NCBI GenBank assembly: GCA_034189135.1
Contig: JAXHVO010000128.1
Coordinates: 16,251 to 80,250, forward strand
Direction of reading: 5' to 3'
DNA from: Thermodesulfobacteriota bacterium
GTDB lineage: Bacteria; Desulfobacterota; Desulfobacteria; Desulfobacterales; JAUWMJ01
Length of the DNA: 64,000 bases
Part shown: positions 9,310 to 18,754 of the stretch, one piece after another
Numbering within the stretch: position 1 is the first letter of the stretch
Layout of the letters: every line of letters starts with the position of its first letter
The notes under the pieces: generated by a model
Database searches by the model: none
Told to the model about the DNA's origin: nothing
Seen by the model: the letters and a program-made list of their open reading frames with translations, nothing else
Translations under genes and position numbers: made by a program

Positions 9310-10317
9310 TTAAAACGGATAAGACAGCGCAAAGTGAAGCCCGAAATCGGGACTGTTGTCAAAGGTAATAACGTTTTCAACCAGAGCGAATTCGATGATA
9401 CTGCCTGAAGAAAGTTGCCACTTAAAACCAAGATTGATTTCATGTGAGGGATTGCTTAATGAACCAAAATCCTTTACAACACCTTCGCTGTAAACATACT
9501 GGAACAAAATTGAAGAATTTGGTTTCCATTGCCAGGCTAGGGCCAGCAAAAAAGAGATGGCATCATCTTTAAATTCTAGGCCGGACATTTCAGTTCGGCC
9601 ATAGTTGGTATAGCCCAAATGTGAATACATATACCAGGTATCGGTCCATCGTTTGGAAAGACCGATTCCGATACTCCAGTCCAACGGTTCGTGGTTATCT
9701 TCGCTGGAGGGTGTATTAAGCCCGTAGCGCAGCACACCAGATACACCGATAGCAGGCCACCTATTTGAACCGTGGGAAAGAATATATTGAGAAAATAAAG
9801 TGATACCATTATTTTCCAGGTAGCTTAGGTTGTCTGTTTCAAAAATTATATTACCTTGGTCATCATATCGGACAATTCTACTTAAGTTGCGATCCACCCT
9901 GTCCCTTCCGTTTTGATCAATACCGAAAATGTCATGAAATTCCTGGATGAAATTATCCATAGCACCACCGAAATAGTTCCGTTGATCAAAAGCTATACCA
10001 AGACCGAGTCGTTTGTTAATGCCGTAAGAAACCGCTATATGCGTGTCCAGCATTTCATAATCAAGTGCAACCTCACTGCTGTCTATCCATACATTTGTCC
10101 AGGTTGTACCGGCGTGGATACCTAAGATGCCGGGTTTGAATGCTCCTGGTATTACACTCGGCATTGTTAAGCGGAGGCTTTGGGCCGGGGACTGGGAGCG
10201 AAGTTGCAAGATGCCGAGACCATAGTTATAGTCGAAATTATCATCACTCGAGAAGCTATTTATCGGCATGGTAAGAATAATTAACAATACAGATAGAATG
10301 AGTAGCAACTGGTGCAT
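9310..10317 (-). CDS. Putative outer-membrane beta-barrel protein (possibly DUF3187-like)
   Basis: It has a signal peptide, alternating amphipathic beta-strand-like segments rich in G/Y/W, and a C-terminal ...FALSYPF ending in Phe. The ATG at 10317 is preferred over the TTG at 10320. Confidence 0.5.
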   Translation of the reverse strand: MHQLLLILSVLLIILTMPINSFSSDDNFDYNYGLGILQLRSQSPAQSLRLTMPSVIPGAFKPGILGIHAGTTWTNVWIDSSEVALDYEMLDTHIAVSYGINKRLGLGIAFDQRNYFGGAMDNFIQEFHDIFGIDQNGRDRVDRNLSRIVRYDDQGNIIFETDNLSYLENNGITLFSQYILSHGSNRWPAIGVSGVLRYGLNTPSSEDNHEPLDWSIGIGLSKRWTDTWYMYSHLGYTNYGRTEMSGLEFKDDAISFLLALAWQWKPNSSILFQYVYSEGVVKDFGSLSNPSHEINLGFKWQLSSGSIIEFALVENVITFDNSPDFGLHFALSYPF

Positions 10318-10320
10318 CAA

Positions 10321-10530
10321 TTACCTTTTTCTAAAGATAGCAACTATCAATAGGATGGAACAAAAAAGAACCGGCACGGAAATAACCCAGATAAGCCTTG
10401 CCAGCCAGATGACGTATTCTCCTGTATGCAAGCGGGTCACAAATTCAGGAGCCGGTAATATCAGCGATAGTGCAAAGCTTAAAATCAGTACTCGGGGAAA
10501 CCAGTAGTTTAATATCTTCTGATATTTCAT
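10321..10530 (-). CDS. Small two-TM membrane protein, hypothetical
   Basis: The 69-aa product has two hydrophobic stretches and a C-terminal RKR. Its stop lies 3 nt before the OMP start, which is a translational-coupling geometry. Confidence 0.4.
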   Translation of the reverse strand: MKYQKILNYWFPRVLILSFALSLILPAPEFVTRLHTGEYVIWLARLIWVISVPVLFCSILLIVAIFRKR

Positions 10531-10578
10531 GTGATCGATTGGACGGCATAGTTAATTTCGTTAAAAATATCCCGCTTT

Positions 10579-11358
10579 TCATCTCACCAGACTTTTTTTA
10601 AAATTATTGGACTGAATCATCCTCCGGAGAATACTGTTTTCGTATTCTAAATACTCTTTAAGGTTGTTTATATCATAATTTAAAAGTTTCTTGATGCCTG
10701 ACGAATACTGGACAGGTAATTTTGCAAATATTTTTGCAATACTTAATGCAGTTTCCTTAAGGTCAGTCACAGGAACAACCTTGTTAACAATACCAAGTCT
10801 TAATGCTTCTTTCGCTATGATGTCTTTACCAGATAATAGTATCTCGGACGTCTTTCTGGAACCAAGTATTTTAGAAAGAAAAAAAATTCCGCCTCCCTTT
10901 GGTACCAGTCCCAGTTGGAGGTTTGGATTCTGAAAGACAGTGTTGTCAGCTATTACACTGTAATCAAAGGAAAGGCTGATGTTCATGAAGAGTAAAATAA
11001 TATTTCCGCTGTCGGCATGAATAACCATTTTATTAAAGCCGACTATTTTCAGAATAAACTGATCAATTGCATTATAAAGTCTTTCGATTTGATCTTGATT
11101 CCATTCGAGCTGTATTATTTGATGATAAAACTCAATAAATTCATCATATCCCATTTTCGCAGGTGAGCCGGTCATCAAAACAACTTTGATTTCATCAAAT
11201 GTCGAAACAAAATCCAGGTAATCAAACAAGACTTTTTTGCCATTTAAATCTATTACGCGAGCGAGGGGTTTTTCTTTGAAATTCAGAATCAAAATATCTT
11301 CGGCCTTTTCTGAATAAAAAAAATCATAATTTACTTCAAGGTTGGATATTTTTCTCAT
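10579..11358 (-). CDS. Crotonase (enoyl-CoA hydratase/isomerase) superfamily protein, catalytically degenerate
   Basis: The C-terminal half is crotonase-like (GLVPKGGGIFFLSKILGSRKTSEILLSGKDIIAKEALRLGIVNKVVP). The positions of both hydratase Glu residues and the GGG oxyanion segment are substituted. The start is set at ATG 11358, which has an AAGGAAGG Shine-Dalgarno sequence. Confidence 0.65.
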   Translation of the reverse strand: MRKISNLEVNYDFFYSEKAEDILILNFKEKPLARVIDLNGKKVLFDYLDFVSTFDEIKVVLMTGSPAKMGYDEFIEFYHQIIQLEWNQDQIERLYNAIDQFILKIVGFNKMVIHADSGNIILLFMNISLSFDYSVIADNTVFQNPNLQLGLVPKGGGIFFLSKILGSRKTSEILLSGKDIIAKEALRLGIVNKVVPVTDLKETALSIAKIFAKLPVQYSSGIKKLLNYDINNLKEYLEYENSILRRMIQSNNFKKSLVR

Positions 11359-11445
11359 TATGAGCCTTCCTTTCTTAATAAGGTGAAGCAATAAACGGTC
11401 CGAAGAAGATAAGCTGCCTGTTTCCTCCTCAGGATTGCTGCAGGC

Positions 11446-12078
11446 TTATGTTTTGCGTTTGCCTATCGCCCTGATTCCTGCCAGGGAAAAGCGGGTGACA
11501 TGGTCGGCCAATCGCATGACCAAATCAGGGGAAAGAGGCTGCCCTAACATGTACTCCATGTCGCTGGGTCTGGTAGTCATAAGGGCACGGCACTGGCTGA
11601 TGATGCTCATCTCGCAGAAAAAAACAGTTTCATCAGTAGCTTTAGTTTTCATAATATTGCGGATGACCTCCAACACTATCTGTCGCCGGGGCTCGATTAT
11701 CTCGTGCCAGATGTTGTGTATCAGCCCGGTAGGATTAGTCAGTTCCATCAGATACAGTCGTGTAAACTGTCCCCGGTCGCCCTGGTCTGTGAAGTTTTGA
11801 ATGAGTGATTGGATTTGGATTCGCAACTGTTCTTCCGGCGAAGTGCCGGTGACGTCAGGCAAGGCAAGTTCGGAACATTTTTTAAAGGCGTGTTGCCATG
11901 CCTCGGTGTACAGGGAGGCCTTGTCGTTAAAATAATAGTTGACGGCAGCCGCGTTGGCTCCGGCCAGTTGACAGATCTCAGCCACCTTGGCAGTCTGGTA
12001 GCCTTTTTCAGCGAATACCTCACAGGCAGCATTTATAATCCTGCTGCGCGTTTCCTTGCCGTCTTCTCTTTTGGCCAT
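11446..12078 (-). CDS. TetR/AcrR family transcriptional regulator
   Basis: It has an N-terminal HTH (TRSRIINAACEVFAEKGYQTAKVAEICQLAGANAAAVNYYFNDKASLY) and is divergent from the RND operon. The start is at ATG 12078 (MAKREDGKE). Confidence 0.85.
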   Translation of the reverse strand: MAKREDGKETRSRIINAACEVFAEKGYQTAKVAEICQLAGANAAAVNYYFNDKASLYTEAWQHAFKKCSELALPDVTGTSPEEQLRIQIQSLIQNFTDQGDRGQFTRLYLMELTNPTGLIHNIWHEIIEPRRQIVLEVIRNIMKTKATDETVFFCEMSIISQCRALMTTRPSDMEYMLGQPLSPDLVMRLADHVTRFSLAGIRAIGKRKT

Positions 12079-12271
12079 GATGGATGTCCTTTTTGCTCGG
12101 TTTTGAAGCCACAAGACCTAAAAAGCAATTTAAATTTTTTGCTTGACATAACAGGGGAAAGATTTTAAGTCACTATTTCAAATTGATATTTAAAATACAT
12201 ATTTTGATATGTCAAATTGTTTTACGATGTAACATGAAAATTTTAACTCAACCGACTTGGAGTAATACAAA

Positions 12272-13489
12272 ATGCAACAAAAAGACAGTTCGAATAACAT
12301 CCGAGCGACATTCCTTAAATGGAGTGTAGCCATAGTGTTCCTGTTAGGCGGATTTTTGCAGGCAGGTTGCGACCGTGGACAGCAATCCACACCGCCTCCT
12401 CCTGTTCCGGAAGTGGCCACGGTGACGGTCAAACCGCAGAGGGTTGCCTTGACCACTGAACTGCCGGGCCGCACGTCTGCTTTTCGTATCGCGGAGATCC
12501 GGCCCCAGGTCAACGGTCTTATACAGAAACGTCTATTTACGGAAGGTTCCGATGTAAAGGCAGGGCAGGTGCTCTACCAGATCGATCCTGACCTCTTTCA
12601 GGCGGCGCTCGACAATGCAAAGGCCGCTCTTGGCAGGGCTGAGGCCAGTCTGACTGCGATCAGGCTGCGGGCTGAGCGCTACAGGGAAGCACTTGCGGAT
12701 AAAGCGGTGAGCCAGCAGAATTATGACGACGCGGCTGCCGCTCTGAAACAGGCCGAGGCCGATATTCAGTATTGGAAAGCGACGGTGAAGACGGCTCGTA
12801 TCAGCCTAAGATACACCCGAGTCACCGCTCCCATTTCCGGCCGTATCGGTAAATCCAACGTGACAGGTGGGGCCATCGTGACGGCTTATCAACCCATGGC
12901 CCTGGCAACCATTCAACAACTGGATCCCATTTACGTGGATGTGCCACAATCCACCACCGAATTGCTGAGCTTGAAACGCCGTCTGGAGGACGGCAGTCTC
13001 AATCACGATGGAACGAAACAGGACAAGGTCAAGCTCATCCTGGAAGACGGCACTGCCTATCCCGTGGAAGGAGCACTTCAATTTAGCGATGTTACAGTGG
13101 ACCCGACGACAGGGTCCGTTACCCTGCGAGTTATCTTTCCGAATTCGGAAAACATTCTCCTGCCGGGCATGTTCGTCCGGGCGGTGATTAAAGAAGGCAT
13201 CAATGAAAAGGCCATTCTTATTCCCCAGCAGGGTGTGTCCCGTGATCAAAAGGGGAATCCCGTCGCGTTGATCGTGAATGCTGAAAGCAAGGTCGGCTTG
13301 CGTATGCTCACCCTTGATCGGGCCATCGGCAAGAGATGGCTCGTTTCGGCAGGCCTTGCTCTCGGAGATCGTGTGATCGTTGAGGGAATTAAAATGTTAC
13401 GGCCCGGTACGGTTGTGAAGGCTGTCCCTTTTAAAGAGAGTGGGGTTACACCTGCAAATGCGGACCAGACGACTGCTGAATCGAATTAA
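12272..13489 (+). CDS. RND efflux periplasmic adaptor (membrane fusion protein, AcrA/MexA family)
   Basis: It has a lipobox (LQAGC), and the coiled-coil hairpin and barrel segments are typical of MexA/AcrA (RPQVNGLI, YQIDP, RYTRVTAPISGRIG). Confidence 0.9.
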   Translation: MQQKDSSNNIRATFLKWSVAIVFLLGGFLQAGCDRGQQSTPPPPVPEVATVTVKPQRVALTTELPGRTSAFRIAEIRPQVNGLIQKRLFTEGSDVKAGQVLYQIDPDLFQAALDNAKAALGRAEASLTAIRLRAERYREALADKAVSQQNYDDAAAALKQAEADIQYWKATVKTARISLRYTRVTAPISGRIGKSNVTGGAIVTAYQPMALATIQQLDPIYVDVPQSTTELLSLKRRLEDGSLNHDGTKQDKVKLILEDGTAYPVEGALQFSDVTVDPTTGSVTLRVIFPNSENILLPGMFVRAVIKEGINEKAILIPQQGVSRDQKGNPVALIVNAESKVGLRMLTLDRAIGKRWLVSAGLALGDRVIVEGIKMLRPGTVVKAVPFKESGVTPANADQTTAESN

Positions 13490-13501
13490 CGGAGGCATCT
13501 G

Positions 13502-16500
13502 ATGTTATCAAAATTTTTTCTGGACCGACCGGTTTTTGCCTGGGTTATTGCCATCGTCATGATGACGGCGGGGGGTCTGGCGATCTACAACCTGCCCGTG
13601 GCACAGTATCCTCCCATCGCTCCGCCGTCCATCGCCATTGACGCATTTTTTCCAGGGGCCTCGGGGGAGACCGTTGAAAACACCGTAACCCAGATCATCG
13701 AGCAAAAGATGACCGGCCTGGACGCGATGATCTATCTCACCGGAACCAGTTCTTCATCCGGCGCGTCCCGCATCGAACTGACCTTTGCCCCCGGGACCGA
13801 TCCGGATCTCGCCTGGTCCAAAGTACAGAACAAGCTTCAGCTCGCCATGGCCAGCCTGCCCGATGTGGTGCAGCGCTCCGGCGTCAAGGTCAGCAAATCG
13901 ACCCGAAATTACCTGATTATCGTGGGACTGATCTCTGAAGACGGCAGCATGGACGGAAATGACCTGCGGGATTATGCTAAGTCCAATGTGGAAAAAATTC
14001 TGTCCCGCGTATCGGGAGTAGGTGAAGTCGAAAGTTTCGGGTCTCAGTACGCCATGCGGGTCTGGGTCAACCCCGACAAGCTGACCAATTATCACCTGAC
14101 CATGGAGGATGTCATCATGGCGATGCGGGCTTATAATGTCGAAGTCTCCGCCGGTCAGTTCGGCGGGGCACCGGCCATTGAAGGCCAGCGCCTGAACGCC
14201 GCCATCATCGTTCAGCATCTGCTCCAGACTCCGGAAGAGTTTGCCGCCATCCCCATACGCACCAATCCGGATGGTTCCGTGGTCCGTATCAAGGACATCG
14301 GACGGACGGAACTGGGGACTGAGCGTTACGATATCATCGCCAATTACAATGGCAAAGCCGCCTCAGCTTTAGCTGTCCGGCAGTCCGCCGGTGCCAATGC
14401 CTTGGAAACGGCCAACGCCGTCAAACAGAAAATGGAAGAGCTGAGCCGCTACTTTCCCCCCGGCATGAAGGTAATTTATCCGTATGACACCACCCCTTTT
14501 ACCAGGGTGGCCATTAATGAGGTGGTCAAAACACTGTTCGAGGCGATCCTGCTGGTCTTTGTGATCATGTATCTTTTTATGGGGACCTTCCGGGCTACCC
14601 TCATCCCCACCATCGCCGTGCCGGTGGTGATCCTGGGGACCTTCGCGGTTCTTGGGCTTTTCGGGTTTTCCATCAATATGCTGACTATGTTCGCCATGGT
14701 GCTGGCTATAGGTCTCTTGGTAGACGATGCCATCGTGGTAGTAGAAAACGTGGAGCGGATCATGAGCGAAGAGGGGCTTTCTCCCAGGAGAGCCACGGCC
14801 AAGTCTATGGAACAGATCACCAGCGCCCTGATCGGCATCGGCCTGGTGCTCTCGGCGGTATTCGGACCCATGGCATTCTTTCCCGGTTCGACAGGAGTCA
14901 TCTACCGCCAGTTTTCAGTGACAATCGCTGCTGCCATGCTGCTTTCGGTTCTTGTGGCGCTGATACTAACCCCGGTCCTCTGCGCATCGCTCTTAAAACC
15001 TGTGGCAGCAGGGCATGAACCGGCAGACGGTGCGATCTTTTTCCTGCGCCCTTTTTTCAGGAGGTTCGACCGAATATTTTATGGCGCAAGAGATCTATAC
15101 ATCAGACTGGTAGGCCATGTTCTGGCAAAAAAACTACGCTACCTGCTCCTGTTCCTGCTGATTGTGGGGGCCATGGGGTATTTGTTTCAGCGCATGCCCA
15201 CCGCTTATCTCCCGAATGAAGACCAGGGTATCCTGCTGGTCCAGGCTATGCTTCCGTCGGGTTCGACCCTGGAGCAGACCGAGAAGGTCATGGATAAGGT
15301 CAGGGAACATTTTCAGAAGAATGAGAAAGACGGGGTGGACTCCTTTATGTCGGTCTCAGGTATTAGTTTTGGCGGCCAGGGGCAGAACATGGGCCTTGGG
15401 TTTGCCAGACTCAAGGACTGGAAGCTGCGCGAGCGGCCGGACCTGAAGGTCAGGGCCATCGCAGGCAGGGCTATGGGAGCGTTTTCACAGATAAAAGAAG
15501 CTATGGTCTTCGCCTTTCCACCGCCTGCTGTCATGGAACTGGGCAATGCCACCGGGTTTGATTTTCAATTACAGGACCGTGGCGGTCTGGGCCACGCAAA
15601 ACTAATGGCGGCCCGCAACCAGCTTCTCGGCATGGCCATGCAAGATCCGCGACTGATGAGGGTCAGGCCCAACGGCATGTCAGACGTGCCCGAATACAGG
15701 ATTGACGTGGATTGGGACAAGGCCGGTGCGCTGGGGGTTTCCATTACATCCATTCACAACACCATTACGGCGGCCTTCGGCAGCGCCTATGTCAACGATT
15801 TTATCCAGGCCGGACGGGTAAAACGGGTTTATGTGCAGGCGGATACCCCCTATCGCATGCTGCCGAAAGATTTGAAAAAACTCTATGTTCGTAACCGCAT
15901 GGGCAAGATGGTCCCTTTCTCTTCCTTTGCCTCCGGGCGGTGGACCCTTGGTTCTCCCAAGCTGGAGCGTTATAATGCCTTCCCGTCCATAAACATATGG
16001 GGTGAGCCGTCGCCTGGAAGGAGTTCCGGTGAGGCCATGGCCGCCATGGAAGAGATCGTCTCGAAGCTGCCCAAGGGGATCGGTTTTGACTGGACCGGGC
16101 TTTCCTATCAGGAGCGCATGGCAACGGCCCAGGGGCCTACCCTTTACACATTTTCCATTTTCGTAGTCTTCCTATGTCTGGCGGCCTTGTACGAGAGCTG
16201 GCCCATTCCTATCTCGATTCTGCTAACCCTGCCCCTTGGGATCATTGGCGGGGTTATCGCTTCGTCAATGCGGGGAATGCCCAACGACGTTTATTTCCAA
16301 ATCGGGCTGCTGACCACTATGGGCTTAACCACCAAGAACGCTATCCTGATAGTCCAGTTTGCCAGGGCCAAGGTCGACGAGGGGGCGAGGCTAACCGCGG
16401 CGACGCTTGAAGCGGCAAAATTAAGACTGCGTCCCATCATCATGACCTCACTGGCCTTCGGGTTCGGGGTTCTGCCTCTGGCCCTTGCCAGCGGGGCCGG

Positions 16501-16675
16501 ATCAGGAGCACAAAGAGGCATCGGCACCGGAGTGCTAGGGGGGATGGTGACATCCACCTTTCTGGTGACTTTGTTTGCTCCGCTCTTTTATGTGATGATT
16601 TACAAGGCACTTGGAAAACACAGAAAGAAAGTAACGATGAAACACGTTCATAAAAGTAAGTCAGGGGATCAATGA
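13502..16675 (+). CDS. RND multidrug efflux permease (AcrB/MexB family)
   Basis: The 1057-aa protein has an N-terminus (MLSKFFLDRPVFAWVIAIVMMTAGGLAIYNLPVAQYPPIAPP) that is near-canonical AcrB. It shows a 12-TM pattern with two large periplasmic loops. Confidence 0.95.
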   Translation: MLSKFFLDRPVFAWVIAIVMMTAGGLAIYNLPVAQYPPIAPPSIAIDAFFPGASGETVENTVTQIIEQKMTGLDAMIYLTGTSSSSGASRIELTFAPGTDPDLAWSKVQNKLQLAMASLPDVVQRSGVKVSKSTRNYLIIVGLISEDGSMDGNDLRDYAKSNVEKILSRVSGVGEVESFGSQYAMRVWVNPDKLTNYHLTMEDVIMAMRAYNVEVSAGQFGGAPAIEGQRLNAAIIVQHLLQTPEEFAAIPIRTNPDGSVVRIKDIGRTELGTERYDIIANYNGKAASALAVRQSAGANALETANAVKQKMEELSRYFPPGMKVIYPYDTTPFTRVAINEVVKTLFEAILLVFVIMYLFMGTFRATLIPTIAVPVVILGTFAVLGLFGFSINMLTMFAMVLAIGLLVDDAIVVVENVERIMSEEGLSPRRATAKSMEQITSALIGIGLVLSAVFGPMAFFPGSTGVIYRQFSVTIAAAMLLSVLVALILTPVLCASLLKPVAAGHEPADGAIFFLRPFFRRFDRIFYGARDLYIRLVGHVLAKKLRYLLLFLLIVGAMGYLFQRMPTAYLPNEDQGILLVQAMLPSGSTLEQTEKVMDKVREHFQKNEKDGVDSFMSVSGISFGGQGQNMGLGFARLKDWKLRERPDLKVRAIAGRAMGAFSQIKEAMVFAFPPPAVMELGNATGFDFQLQDRGGLGHAKLMAARNQLLGMAMQDPRLMRVRPNGMSDVPEYRIDVDWDKAGALGVSITSIHNTITAAFGSAYVNDFIQAGRVKRVYVQADTPYRMLPKDLKKLYVRNRMGKMVPFSSFASGRWTLGSPKLERYNAFPSINIWGEPSPGRSSGEAMAAMEEIVSKLPKGIGFDWTGLSYQERMATAQGPTLYTFSIFVVFLCLAALYESWPIPISILLTLPLGIIGGVIASSMRGMPNDVYFQIGLLTTMGLTTKNAILIVQFARAKVDEGARLTAATLEAAKLRLRPIIMTSLAFGFGVLPLALASGAGSGAQRGIGTGVLGGMVTSTFLVTLFAPLFYVMIYKALGKHRKKVTMKHVHKSKSGDQ

Positions 16676-16676
16676 T

Positions 16677-18086
16677 ATGAATAGACAACAGTTGTTTTTA
16701 CTGGTTGGAATAGTCCTTTTCCTGGAAGGTTGCTCCCTGGCTCCACATTATACACAGCCCCAGGCGCCCATCCCTGCTGAGTGGCCGAAAGGTGTGGCAT
16801 ACAAAGACATGCAGGCCGGGTCCGGAGCACCGACAGTCTCGGAGCTCAGCCGACAGGAATTTTTTACCGACGAAAAGCTTCAAAAGATTATTGAAATAGC
16901 CTTGAGCAACAACCGTGATCTGCGACTTGCCGCCTTGAATGTGGAAAGGGCGCGCGCTCTGTACGGCATTCAACGGGCTGAGCTGTTTCCTGCGGTTAAT
17001 GCCGTGGGGGCGTGGGGCAAACAGCGCCGCTCTGCCGATCTTATCAGTCCCGGAGATCCGAGGAAAATAGAACAATACAGTGTTGATCTGGGTATCGCTG
17101 CCTGGGAGATTGATTTTTTCGGCCGCATCCGCAGCCTGAAAGATCGGGCGCTGGAAGAATACCTGTCCACAGAGCAGGCCCGTCGCAGCGCACAGATAGC
17201 GCTGGTGTCCGAGGTTGCCAGGGTGTACATGACCCTTGCCGCAGATCGGGAAAATCTTAAGCTGGCCAGGTCCACCCTTGAAACCCAGAAAGCCGGTTAC
17301 GGTTTAATTCAAAAGCGTTTTGATGTCGGGCTTGCAACCGAATTGGATCTGCGTCGAGCACAAATCCCGGTAGATACAGCCCGGGGAGATATTGCTCGCT
17401 ACAGGCAACTGGTTGCGCAAGATCAAAACGCTCTCAACCTTCTGGCCGGTTCTCCGGTACCTAAAGATCTTATGCCGGTGAATCTAAGCGGTGTTAATCC
17501 TCCCCAAGAAATTTTCCCAGGTTTATCTTCCAACGTGCTTCTGAGTCGGCCTGATATTATTGCGGCGGAACATCGGCTCAAGGGCGCTTACGCCTTTATC
17601 GGCGCGGCACGGGCCGCTTTATTTCCGCGCATTTCTCTGACGACCTCAGTGGGAACCGCAAGTGACGAGCTTTCGGGTCTCTTCAGCTCCGGCTCGGGTA
17701 CCTGGAACTTTGCGCCACAGATAGTTCTACCGATTTTTGACGCCCGTACCTGGGCAGCGCTACGGGTAAGCAAAGCCGATCGGGAAATCATCCTGACCCA
17801 GTATGAGAAAGCCATTCAGACGGCCTTCAGAGATGTAGCCGATGCTCTTGCCATGCAGGGCACCATAAATCAACAGGTATCTGCGCAACAATCTCTGGTC
17901 AATGCGGTTAAAGAAACATACCGCCTCTCCAATAAGCGCTATGCTACGGGGATCGACAGCTACCTGGGCGTCCTTGATGCGCAACGATCCCTCTATGCAG
18001 TGCAACAGGGGCTTATCAGCATTCGCCTGGCCATGCTTGCCAATCAGGTAAGACTTTACGCAGTATTGGGCGGGGGAAGTGAATGA
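16677..18086 (+). CDS. Outer membrane factor lipoprotein (OprM/NodT family)
   Basis: It has a lipobox (LEGC), TolC-like repeats and a typical efflux OMF length. Its start is 1 nt after the RND stop. Confidence 0.9.
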   Translation: MNRQQLFLLVGIVLFLEGCSLAPHYTQPQAPIPAEWPKGVAYKDMQAGSGAPTVSELSRQEFFTDEKLQKIIEIALSNNRDLRLAALNVERARALYGIQRAELFPAVNAVGAWGKQRRSADLISPGDPRKIEQYSVDLGIAAWEIDFFGRIRSLKDRALEEYLSTEQARRSAQIALVSEVARVYMTLAADRENLKLARSTLETQKAGYGLIQKRFDVGLATELDLRRAQIPVDTARGDIARYRQLVAQDQNALNLLAGSPVPKDLMPVNLSGVNPPQEIFPGLSSNVLLSRPDIIAAEHRLKGAYAFIGAARAALFPRISLTTSVGTASDELSGLFSSGSGTWNFAPQIVLPIFDARTWAALRVSKADREIILTQYEKAIQTAFRDVADALAMQGTINQQVSAQQSLVNAVKETYRLSNKRYATGIDSYLGVLDAQRSLYAVQQGLISIRLAMLANQVRLYAVLGGGSE

Positions 18087-18267
18087 GCTATATTTGCAGG
18101 GTGCATCAGGCCGAAAGCAAGGTGAAGCCTGAAATCGATTTCCTCTCTTGTTTAATAAAAGGGTAGAACACCTTATTTCCGTTACAGCAGCCTGTTGACT
18201 TCATGCTTGATTTTGATTATATAAATCAATATGTTTTTTAGCAAAATAGATATTGCAGGGGGAAAAC

Positions 18268-18750
18268 ATGGTAAGAACTGAAATATCGCTTTTTATGAGG
18301 AATGTTCCTGGTGAGCTTGGCAAACTGGCCACACTTTTCGCAGATGAGGGAATTAATATAGATGCGCTGACCATACAGGATGCATCAAGTTATGTGCAGG
18401 AGCTTTTCAAGGCAAGGGGGAAATCGATCAAACGAATCGCTTCCGTTGCCAGCTATAATTCGATGCGAAAGGACTCGGTGGAATTTGCCTTAATACGTCT
18501 TTTGGTGGGTGATACTGACAAGGCTGTGGATTTACTGGCAAAAAATGAATATGTGTTTGACGTTATGCCGGTAATTGCCCTTGAGCTGGAAAATCGGCCC
18601 GGCGAAATGGCTAAGATAACCACCAAGTTCGGGGAAGAAGGTATAAACATCAATTATGTTTATGGCTCGGTTTCTTCACCGGATGAGAAATGTCTTTTTG
18701 TATTCTGTCCTGAAGATATAGATGCGGCGGCAAAGATTTTCCAAGAATAA
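18268..18750 (+). CDS. Tandem ACT-domain protein
   Basis: It carries two copies of the ACT-like motif (NVPGELGKLATLFADEGINIDAL and NRPGEMAKITTKFGEEGININYV). ATG 18268 has an AGGGGG Shine-Dalgarno sequence. Confidence 0.7.
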   Translation: MVRTEISLFMRNVPGELGKLATLFADEGINIDALTIQDASSYVQELFKARGKSIKRIASVASYNSMRKDSVEFALIRLLVGDTDKAVDLLAKNEYVFDVMPVIALELENRPGEMAKITTKFGEEGININYVYGSVSSPDEKCLFVFCPEDIDAAAKIFQE

Positions 18751-18754
18751 AGTG

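Noticed and set aside
11392-11445. Possible direct repeats or att sites flanking the GC-rich RND island (gctgcctgtttcc at the left border versus gcagcctgttgac near 18195).
   Set aside because: Only 9 of 13 positions match, and there is no integrase or tRNA nearby. This is compatible with chance.
12143-12219. Promoter and operator in the TetR/RND divergent region (TTGACA at 12143-12148; TTTGA-N4-TCAAA at 12203-12216; repeated caaattg/ttgatat words).
   Set aside because: The -10 hexamer at the proper 17-bp spacing (TAAGTC) is poor, and the palindrome has only 5+5 bp. This is suggestive but not enough to annotate.
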